Of a stretch of 32,000 bases of DNA, positions 1-7,181 are shown piece after piece (the stretch's first letter is position 1; each line of letters begins with the position of its first letter). The DNA is from Promethearchaeum syntrophicum (GTDB lineage: Archaea > Asgardarchaeota > Lokiarchaeia > Sigyniarchaeales > Promethearchaeaceae). The notes under the pieces are model-generated. The model saw only the letters and a program-made list of their open reading frames with translations, was not told where the DNA came from and did not search any database. The stretch spans positions 1,590,001 through 1,622,000 of the forward strand of contig NZ_CP042905.2 of assembly GCF_008000775.2 (NCBI RefSeq), written 5' to 3'. A program made the translations under genes and the position numbers.

Positions 1-1
1 T

Positions 2-1171
2 TTCTTTCCACAAGCTGCAGGTACTGGTTTTTCATTTAATCCTTATGTTTGGGATAAAAAAATTGATCCTAAGGCTGGTTTTTTACGGTTAGTTTTTGGA
101 TTAGGAACTCGAGCAGTTGGGCGAACTGATGATGATTTTACTAGATTAGTTACATTAAAATCGGTAAATTTACGAGCGGAACATGGCATTGACGAAATTC
201 GTCAATTTTCTCAAAAATATGTAGATGTTTTAGATTTAAAAGAAAACAAATACGTTACACACCAATTTAAAAATGTGATAGATGATATTGACGGATTCAA
301 ATTAGATTTATATGCGAGTCGAGATGATGAAATTGAACAACGAATGAAGGATCATAATCGAGAGGTCATCCCAACTTGGATTTTAACTTTTGATAAACTC
401 CTAAACAATACAACTTTTGCTGAAGATATGAGTAAAATTCTAGATACATTGCAAGATGCATATCAAATTCCAGTTGATATAGAATATACAGTAAATTTCT
501 TTGAAGATGATTATACTATCAATCTGCTTCAATGTAGACCATGGCAAATAAAATATGAAATTCAAGAGGTTGAAGATCCTGGAAAAATTAAGAAGGAATT
601 AACAGTTTTTAAGAGTAAAGGGCCGATAATAGGGACTTCTGTAGCTACTTCAATAACACGTTTAATTTATGTTGTTCCTGGCGTATATGGAAGTTTAACT
701 ATGCGAGATCGCCATGCTGTAGCGCGATTAGTCGGGCAAATAAATCATCATGACTCATCAACCAAAAAAAATATTTTACTTATTGGTCCCGGAAGATGGG
801 GAACAAGTTCACCCAGCTTAGGAATACCGACAACATTCGCAGAGATAAATAATGTAAATATAATTGGAGAAATTGCTGAAATGCATGAAGGACTTGTTCC
901 TGACATTAGTTTAGGGTCTCATTTTTTTAATAATCTCGTGGAATTAGATATGGTCTACTTTGCGCTGAATCCGGATAAAGAAGAGGATTATTTAGATCGA
1001 GAATTCTTCCAAAAATCTCCAAACCAATTAAAACATCTAGTGCCAAATTCCGACCAGATGGAGGAGGTCATTAAAGTGATAGATTTTCAACATGAGGATG
1101 AATTACTAATAAACCTGAATTCTCTTTCACAACAAGCAATATGTTATTTAAAAAATAAAACAAATGATTAA
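2..1171 (+). CDS. PEP/pyruvate-binding (PPDK_N / ATP-grasp family) protein, C-terminal part; 5' end lies outside the window
   Basis: Frame 2 is open from nt 2, so the ORF-track start at 275 is an internal GTG. The translation (FGLGTRAVGRTDDDF, LLQCRPWQ, GPGRWGTSSPSLGIP, LGSHFFNNLVE) is collinear with the C-terminal half of the next gene (ALGLGRTIVNGG, LLQIRPS, FGRLGSFDKHVGIP, LGSHFFQNMVS). The two genes are therefore tandem paralogues. Confidence 0.7.
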   Translation, partial: FFPQAAGTGFSFNPYVWDKKIDPKAGFLRLVFGLGTRAVGRTDDDFTRLVTLKSVNLRAEHGIDEIRQFSQKYVDVLDLKENKYVTHQFKNVIDDIDGFKLDLYASRDDEIEQRMKDHNREVIPTWILTFDKLLNNTTFAEDMSKILDTLQDAYQIPVDIEYTVNFFEDDYTINLLQCRPWQIKYEIQEVEDPGKIKKELTVFKSKGPIIGTSVATSITRLIYVVPGVYGSLTMRDRHAVARLVGQINHHDSSTKKNILLIGPGRWGTSSPSLGIPTTFAEINNVNIIGEIAEMHEGLVPDISLGSHFFNNLVELDMVYFALNPDKEEDYLDREFFQKSPNQLKHLVPNSDQMEEVIKVIDFQHEDELLINLNSLSQQAICYLKNKTND

Positions 1172-1180
1172 TAAGAAAAA

Positions 1181-1199
1181 AGTGGATTTTTTTCCACTA
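1181..1199 (+). terminator. Hairpin AGTGGA-TTTTTTT-TCCACT between the tandem paralogues; possible terminator or attenuator
   Basis: Perfect 6-bp inverted repeat around a 7-T loop, starting 10 nt after the upstream stop codon (1169..1171) and ending 18 nt before the next ATG. Archaeal termination typically uses T-runs. Confidence 0.3.
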
Positions 1200-1216
1200 C
1201 ATGGGAATTTTAAAAG

Positions 1217-4198
1217 ATGGATGAATTTTCTGTAGATGAATCACAATTTGATTACAAACCCAAATATCGGATCTTTCATAGTTTAATGAAGAATCGAATA
1301 AAGGAGATATTACTGGTTTCAAGTGCATATGATAATTTCATTCTGGAAGAGGATGGGCGATTATCAGATCAGATTTACGCAGAATTTCATGATTTAAATT
1401 TGAGAACAATCCCTCATATCACGCGAGTTTCTTCAGCAAAAGGAGCTTTGGCGCGCCTCAAAGAGAATGAATTTGATTTAGTTGTTACAATGAGGAAGCT
1501 TTTTGATTCAGATCCCTTCGAATTTGGAAAGCAAATCAAAGAAATCCAAGATATTCCAGTTGTATTATTACTAACTAGTCTTTCGGATATTAATTTTATC
1601 CCAGATTTCACCAAATCTAAAGAAGGAATTGATTTAACTTTTTTATGGAATGGTGACAGTGCAATTTTCATTTCCTTAACAAAATTACTCGAAGATCGGA
1701 TGAATATTAAAGAAGATACTGAAAATGGTATGGTACGGGTAATCATCATCATTGAAGATAATATTCGATTTTATTCTGTGTATTTACCCCTTATTTATTC
1801 CGAAATAATGAGACAAATTCAATTGCTAATTCAAGAAGGTGTAAATGATTATTATCGTTTACTCCAAATGAAAGCGCGCCCTAAGATTATACTAACTCAT
1901 ACATACGAAGAAGCTATGAAATTCTATGAAGAATATAAAGAAAACGTTATTGGAATTATTTCTGATATTGAATTCCCCCGGAATAATAAAATAAATAGGA
2001 ATGCAGGGATAGATTTTATAAAAAGTATAAGAAAAGAAGCCCCAACAATCCCCGCAATATTACAATCTGCCAACCTTAAATGTGAAGGAAAAGCTTATGA
2101 GATACAAGCTCATTTTATTTATAAAAAGTCCAAAACGCTTCTAGAAGATATAAGAAAATTCATGGTCCGGTCTATGGGATTTGGAGATTTTATATTTCGA
2201 TTAAATAATGGAGAAGAAGTGGGTAAAGCTTCGAATTTACGTGAATTTAAAGAACAGATAGAAACTGTTCCTGTTGAATCATTATATTATCATGCAACAT
2301 ATGATAATTTTTCTGGTTGGTTGATGGCTCGGGGTGAATTTAGAGTAGCCTCAATTATAAAAGCAAAACATGTTGATGATTATGAAGATGATATAGCAAT
2401 TAGGAAATATTTAGCAGAATCTGTTCAATATTTATTAGTTGAACAAAAGAATATTATCACGGAATTCCGAAGGGTGAACTATAATCCCGACTCCAATTTT
2501 ATCAGATTGCGGCCTGGATCTCTTGGAGGTAAAGGACGTGGGCTTGCTTTTCTAATGTTTCTTCTCAATCCTTATAATATTGCAAGTAATAATTCCGTTG
2601 AGATAAATATCCCTCAAACCATTGCCATCGGAACTGAAGAATTTGATTATTTTATGACAAGTAACAATTTATATGAAATATCTTCCAGTCAAATAGAAGA
2701 AGAAGAATTAATTCAAATTTTTAAGAGAGCAAAATTATCTAAAACTCTGCGAGCAGATTTGAAATTTATTTTGAAGGACTGGAAAAACCATCCTATTGCT
2801 ATCCGGAGCTCTTCCATTGTTGAAGACTCCCAATTTCAGCCCTTTGCAGGTGTTTTCGGAACTTATATGATTTCCAACCAAGATAAAGATATAAATTCCC
2901 GATTAAATCGAGTTTTTGAAGCCATTAAGATGGTTTATGCATCTACATTTTCGAAAGCAGCAAAAGCTAATAGTGAAGCCCTTAATTTACGAATTGATGA
3001 AATTAAAATGGGAGTTATTATTCAAAAAGTTGTTGGGTTAAAATATGAAGCGAGTAATCATTTCTATCCCAATTATTCTGGAACGGCAAGCAGTTTTAAC
3101 TATTATACTGTCGGTAAAATGGAATCTCGGGATGGAAATGCATTTATTGCATTAGGCTTAGGGAGAACTATAGTTAATGGGGGACTTGCGAGAATGTTCT
3201 GCCCTACTTATCCCAAATTAAATATTTATTCCGATGTCCATGAGAGAATACAGCATAGCCAGAAAAATTTTTATGCAATTGATTTATCTAAAAAAGGAAA
3301 ACATATAATAAATGAAGAATCCTACCTTTCAAGGTTAAGTATTGCAGATGCAAAGAAAGATGGAACTTTATACAAAATTGCAGATTCCTATAATAGAAAT
3401 GATAATGTTATACAATCAGGATATTGGGATGAAGCTCATACACACCCAATAATCACTTTCGATCAACAAATTTTATATGATAAATCATTTCCATTACCTA
3501 AAATTATTAAAGATATTTTAGAATTAGGAGAGAAAACCATGGGATGCCCAGTTGAAATTGAATTTGCAGGTAATTTCAGGCAAAACGAAGACGAAAAACA
3601 CTCTTTAAATCTATTGCAAATTAGACCTTCCACTGAGATTCCCATGAAAGAACTCGGAAAATTTGATGATATTGTAAAGGAAGATATTTTAGCTCGTTCC
3701 ATCAATTTTTCAGGAAATGGGATCTATAAAAATATCCAAGATATAGTTTACATCAAGAGTTCTGCCTTTAGCACTCTAAAAACTGTAGAAATGGTTTCTG
3801 AGATTGATGAATTTAATAAAAAGTTAATTACGTGCCAAAAACCCTATCTTTTAATTGTTTTCGGACGTTTAGGCTCTTTTGATAAACATGTTGGGATTCC
3901 AGTAAAAGAATACAATATATCGAACGCTAAGGTAATTATTGAAACTGGAAAAGAAGGTTTTCAAATTGAACAAAGTCTGGGAAGTCACTTCTTTCAAAAT
4001 ATGGTATCAACCAAGACAGGCTTTCTTCATATAAAACATGATTCTGAAAACCAATTTCTTGATTGGAATTGGCTTAAAAAGCAAAAAATCACTGAAGAAA
4101 AACAATTTTTCACTCATGTAGAACTTTCGGATCCCTTAACCATTATTTTAGACGGTAGAAAGAAGATTGCAATTGTTAAAAAACCTGAAATGATTTGA
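1217..4198 (+). CDS. Tandem receiver-like domains fused to a PEP/pyruvate-binding (PPDK_N ATP-grasp) domain; no phosphohistidine swivel motif seen
   Basis: 993 aa. The N-terminal segment IKEILLVSSAYDNFILEEDG...FDLVVTM looks like a receiver domain, but Thr replaces the expected phospho-acceptor Asp. A second receiver (VRVIIIIEDN...VIGIISDIEFP...IPAILQSA) retains the Asp. RLRPGSLGGKGRGLAFL is the GGK(A/G) nucleotide-binding signature of PEP synthase/PPDK N-domains, and VEIEFAG...LNLLQIRP marks the end of the ATP-grasp. I did not see a TGGxTSHAA-type swivel His. Confidence 0.75.
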   Translation: MDEFSVDESQFDYKPKYRIFHSLMKNRIKEILLVSSAYDNFILEEDGRLSDQIYAEFHDLNLRTIPHITRVSSAKGALARLKENEFDLVVTMRKLFDSDPFEFGKQIKEIQDIPVVLLLTSLSDINFIPDFTKSKEGIDLTFLWNGDSAIFISLTKLLEDRMNIKEDTENGMVRVIIIIEDNIRFYSVYLPLIYSEIMRQIQLLIQEGVNDYYRLLQMKARPKIILTHTYEEAMKFYEEYKENVIGIISDIEFPRNNKINRNAGIDFIKSIRKEAPTIPAILQSANLKCEGKAYEIQAHFIYKKSKTLLEDIRKFMVRSMGFGDFIFRLNNGEEVGKASNLREFKEQIETVPVESLYYHATYDNFSGWLMARGEFRVASIIKAKHVDDYEDDIAIRKYLAESVQYLLVEQKNIITEFRRVNYNPDSNFIRLRPGSLGGKGRGLAFLMFLLNPYNIASNNSVEINIPQTIAIGTEEFDYFMTSNNLYEISSSQIEEEELIQIFKRAKLSKTLRADLKFILKDWKNHPIAIRSSSIVEDSQFQPFAGVFGTYMISNQDKDINSRLNRVFEAIKMVYASTFSKAAKANSEALNLRIDEIKMGVIIQKVVGLKYEASNHFYPNYSGTASSFNYYTVGKMESRDGNAFIALGLGRTIVNGGLARMFCPTYPKLNIYSDVHERIQHSQKNFYAIDLSKKGKHIINEESYLSRLSIADAKKDGTLYKIADSYNRNDNVIQSGYWDEAHTHPIITFDQQILYDKSFPLPKIIKDILELGEKTMGCPVEIEFAGNFRQNEDEKHSLNLLQIRPSTEIPMKELGKFDDIVKEDILARSINFSGNGIYKNIQDIVYIKSSAFSTLKTVEMVSEIDEFNKKLITCQKPYLLIVFGRLGSFDKHVGIPVKEYNISNAKVIIETGKEGFQIEQSLGSHFFQNMVSTKTGFLHIKHDSENQFLDWNWLKKQKITEEKQFFTHVELSDPLTIILDGRKKIAIVKKPEMI

Positions 4199-4224
4199 AG
4201 AAGAATAAAAAATACTTTTATCCT

Positions 4225-5847
4225 TTATATCATCTGGACAATAATGTTGAATTGCTTTATTTCAGATTCTCCTTGTTCTTTTCCAAAAGTGGTTAGAACT
4301 ACTTCATCAAGATTTTTAAGGTTAAAATCAGTTAATTTTCTATGTTGCGTGCGACCTCGTTCAAACAATGGATTGAAAATGAATTGCTTTGTTAGTGGAT
4401 TTGTTATAATCCAGTTTACATCATTTATTTTCTTATTAATTTCTCTGATAGCTTTGAAAAGCTCCCCCACAGTGGCATCAATAGGCACAACAACCGTGAT
4501 ATTTTCCTGTCCTTGTCGTGAACCACACCCTACACAGTCTTCACTTCGAGATATTGGAATTTGATCAAACAACCCATAGATGCCGCTGTAATTTAAATAT
4601 GGTGGGTTCATAATGGGTCCGACGGATGTTCCTGCTAGCAAAAATAATAATTTTGTTGCTTCTTGGGATTGGATAGATGCAATAATTGAGCTCACACTTT
4701 GAATTGCGGGGATTTTATTTCCTAAAATATTTTCCATATCTTCCAATGCGAATTCTCCTCCAAAAGTTTCAAAAATATTCTTTTTTAGAATTATTAGTTC
4801 ATTTTCTTCAATTTTTCCTTTCATTTCTGGGGGAATATTTTCGTCTAACACTCGAGCTCTTAGCTGGTCTAATTCTTTCTTGGCATATTCAAGCGTTTCT
4901 TTCATTTCTTCAATATTATCGTAATCAGGTTGGCGATCATATTTTTTGATAAACATTACTTCTCCCCGAATAGCGCAATGCTCCCTTGTTCTGGGAACAC
5001 CTTTCAAGGTACAAGCAGCAACTTGATTTTGGAGTGGAGGTGGAATTGGAACGACACATCTATAACAGGGAGTGCTTTGAAGATATTTTTCATATTTTAT
5101 GTAATTAGTTTCTACTTCCTTTTTAGCGCGCAGTTTCAGTTTTTCAAGAACTGGATTAATATTATTCATCTTGATATTTTCAATTTGTTGTTCGAGTGCC
5201 TCTATTGCTTTCTGAGCTCCAAAAAATTCTCCAAATTCTTCATTATCTTCATCTAGATTCCATAAATATTCATTAGCGAGGTCTTCAATAATTTTATCTT
5301 GATTTCCAAAAGAGAGAGGTTTTCCTGATACATCCTTCGCATTTTCTGGAATTATTACCTGTACGTGCCCATCAAAGCCAACAGTCCCCGCTTCGATCAA
5401 TGGGATCCCTAGCTTGAGGCAGAATTTATTCAAATCCATACGAGCTTGCACATTATCCAACGCAGCAATTACTATTTGACATTCTTTATATTTATCCATA
5501 GGAATTTGCTGCAAGGGGATGGTGAAAATCTCAATTTCCATAAACGGATTCATAAGTTTCAATCGTTCTGCACCTACATCCGCTTTAAACCGCCCTTCAT
5601 CTCCCTTATAGAACAGCATTTGTCGGGAGAGATTACTTGTTTCGATTCTATCCATATCACAGAGAATTAATTTTCCTATACCCGATAATGCCAAATCCTT
5701 CCCAACTTCGCACCCTAATGCTCCAACACCTGCAATAAATACTGTGCTATTTTTAATAACTTCTTGATCCCAGCCCTGAATTAATTTTTGGCGTTTAGTT
5801 CGTTCCTTTTCTTCTTGGGATAAAATTCGTTCATGTTTAATTTCCAT
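4225..5847 (-). CDS. Eukaryote-type ubiquitin-like-modifier activating enzyme (E1), UBA2/UBA3-like single chain
   Basis: 540 aa. Adenylation domain: IAGVGALGCEVGKDLALSGIGKLILCDMDRIETSNLSRQMLF (GxGxxG plus the NLxRQ motif of ThiF/MoeB/E1). CYRC...AACTLKGVPRTREHCAIRG parallels CYEC...GCTIRNTPSEPIHCIVWAK of UBA2 and PMCTIASMPRLPEHCIEY of UBA3. The catalytic Cys codon is at 5011..5013. A second zinc pair is CVGCGS. The C-terminal ~90 aa resemble a ubiquitin-fold (E2-recruiting) domain. Confidence 0.85.
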   Translation of the reverse strand: MEIKHERILSQEEKERTKRQKLIQGWDQEVIKNSTVFIAGVGALGCEVGKDLALSGIGKLILCDMDRIETSNLSRQMLFYKGDEGRFKADVGAERLKLMNPFMEIEIFTIPLQQIPMDKYKECQIVIAALDNVQARMDLNKFCLKLGIPLIEAGTVGFDGHVQVIIPENAKDVSGKPLSFGNQDKIIEDLANEYLWNLDEDNEEFGEFFGAQKAIEALEQQIENIKMNNINPVLEKLKLRAKKEVETNYIKYEKYLQSTPCYRCVVPIPPPLQNQVAACTLKGVPRTREHCAIRGEVMFIKKYDRQPDYDNIEEMKETLEYAKKELDQLRARVLDENIPPEMKGKIEENELIILKKNIFETFGGEFALEDMENILGNKIPAIQSVSSIIASIQSQEATKLLFLLAGTSVGPIMNPPYLNYSGIYGLFDQIPISRSEDCVGCGSRQGQENITVVVPIDATVGELFKAIREINKKINDVNWIITNPLTKQFIFNPLFERGRTQHRKLTDFNLKNLDEVVLTTFGKEQGESEIKQFNIIVQMI

Positions 5848-5950
5848 CGCCTTGCCTAAAATATTGGTTTTAGAACTTAAAAAAATTTAAAGGAAAAATT
5901 TTGTTCTCAAAAAAAAACATTTTTATTGATGTAGAAATCAAATATGTACT

Positions 5951-6388
5951 ATGAAAGACGAAATTAAACAAAAAATGATATTAATCTATTATATAAATGG
6001 AATAATATTTGCAACCATTTTCTTCTTTGTGTTTAAAAATATTTTCTTACCAGCCGCTATAGTGGTTTCTGTGTTTATTGCAGTAATTTTTACATCAATG
6101 GGATGGGGTATTTTTTATTTAAACACCTATTTTAAAATTAATCACCACCATCAAAAACCGAATTTATTAATGGTGCTTCTGTCATCGTTTATTTATTTAA
6201 TTCCTGCTGGAATTATATGCTATAACATTTTTACAAAGAAATATTCAAATATTATTGCAAATTTTCAGAAAGGAAATACTAAATATAAGAAGCAGATTAC
6301 CACTAATGGAATAAAATGTCAAAAATGCAATAATTTCAATATAGGGAATGGTAATTTCTGCATTCAATGTGGATATAAATTAAAATAA
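5951..6388 (+). CDS. Small polytopic membrane protein with C-terminal CX2CX10CX2C zinc finger (zinc_ribbon_2 / RanBP2-NZF-like spacing)
   Basis: 145 aa with three hydrophobic segments, then CQKCNNFNIGNGNFCIQC at 6317..6370. The gene is divergent from the E1 gene across a 103-bp spacer. Confidence 0.6.
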   Translation: MKDEIKQKMILIYYINGIIFATIFFFVFKNIFLPAAIVVSVFIAVIFTSMGWGIFYLNTYFKINHHHQKPNLLMVLLSSFIYLIPAGIICYNIFTKKYSNIIANFQKGNTKYKKQITTNGIKCQKCNNFNIGNGNFCIQCGYKLK

Positions 6389-6436
6389 GAAGTTTTTTAG
6401 AAAGATATTTTTTTTGTTTTAAATTCTATATATTCT

Positions 6437-7039
6437 TTAAAATCCTTGTTCTTTCAGATAATTAAAATTGAATTTATATGCTGAAATAAGTAAATCATTT
6501 GTTAAAACATGAACATTCTTTCCATCTAAAGAACTGATGATGTAAAAATTGGGAATATCTAATCGTTCTGCAAGTTCAATCATTGTTTCCATCGCTCTCT
6601 CTTCACGTTCTGGGGCAATTAAATCAGATTTCGTTGCCACTAACAATAATGGTGAACCCTTTGGGGCATTATCCTTCCAAATTGAAAACCATTCATCTAT
6701 ATAATTTGTAGTAGAGTAGCGAGTAATGTCATATAATAAAAGTCCGCAGACAGATCCTTTGCAGTAGCGAGGTAACATGAACCTGAATCGTTCTTCTCCG
6801 GCAAAATCCCAGATTTGGGCTTGAATTGGAATCTGTGGGACATCATCAGCATATTGGGAAGCAAATGGGTCGAAAATGGATGTCTTTAAAAGATGAAAAT
6901 CGACGCCGATTGTCATCTTCGTCGTCGAATCGAAAGCGCCGGTGATTATCCTTTTAGTAAGAGTGGTTTTTCCAACCCCTCCTTCACCTAAAATACAAAC
7001 TTTTAATACATTCTTTGAATTTCTTGCTCTAGCAACCAA
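6437..7039 (-). CDS. Rab-like small GTPase (Ras superfamily)
   Basis: 200 aa. G1 is GEGGVGKT. The G2/RabF-like segment is TIGVDF. G3 is WDFAGEERF (compare Rab WDTAGQERF). G4 is TKSD (compare NKxD). G5 is SSLDG. The start is TTG, preceded by a GAGGGAG Shine-Dalgarno-like element. There is no C-terminal Cys prenylation motif. Confidence 0.85.
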   Translation of the reverse strand: MVARARNSKNVLKVCILGEGGVGKTTLTKRIITGAFDSTTKMTIGVDFHLLKTSIFDPFASQYADDVPQIPIQAQIWDFAGEERFRFMLPRYCKGSVCGLLLYDITRYSTTNYIDEWFSIWKDNAPKGSPLLLVATKSDLIAPEREERAMETMIELAERLDIPNFYIISSLDGKNVHVLTNDLLISAYKFNFNYLKEQGF

Positions 7040-7045
7040 AAATTT

Positions 7046-7052
7046 CTCCCTC
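7046..7052 (-). promoter_or_regulatory. Shine-Dalgarno-like GAGGGAG, 6 nt upstream of the TTG start of the GTPase gene
   Basis: The reverse complement of ctccctc at 7046..7052 is GAGGGAG. This spacing supports the non-ATG start at 7039, which is the only start codon upstream of the P-loop. Confidence 0.4.
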
Positions 7053-7181
7053 TTGCTCTAATACAGATTTTTTTGCTATTTTATTCTCTATTTGATCTGA
7101 TAGATCATTTAATACTACAAATTACTAAAAGTTAGTTAATTGAAAAAGATTTTTAAAGAAAATATAAACAAAATATAATCA

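Noticed and set aside
1414-1752. Antisense ORFs nested inside long, well-supported genes: 1414..1752(-), 3463..3705(-), 4244..4564(+), 4686..4949(+), 4930..5256(+), 5446..5670(+), 7743..8042(-), 7951..8160(+), 10326..10532(+), 11060..11257(+), 11700..11885(+), 14292..14510(+), 16080..16415(-), 18424..18618(+), 18778..19029(-), 19207..19458(-), 20332..20595(-), 28771..29058(-), 29348..29572(-), 30116..30328(+), 30175..30375(+), 30843..31043(+), 31602..31790(+)
   Set aside because: Each lies wholly within, or largely opposite, a longer ORF that has clear family motifs. Their translations are low-complexity (F/I/L/S/K-rich) with no recognisable motif, as expected for chance ORFs in AT-rich DNA.
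7093-7107. Inverted repeat TGATCT-GAT-AGATCA in the GTPase/methyltransferase divergent spacer as a regulator binding site
   Set aside because: A 6-bp palindrome in a 140-bp AT-rich spacer is expected fairly often by chance, and I saw no second copy in the window.
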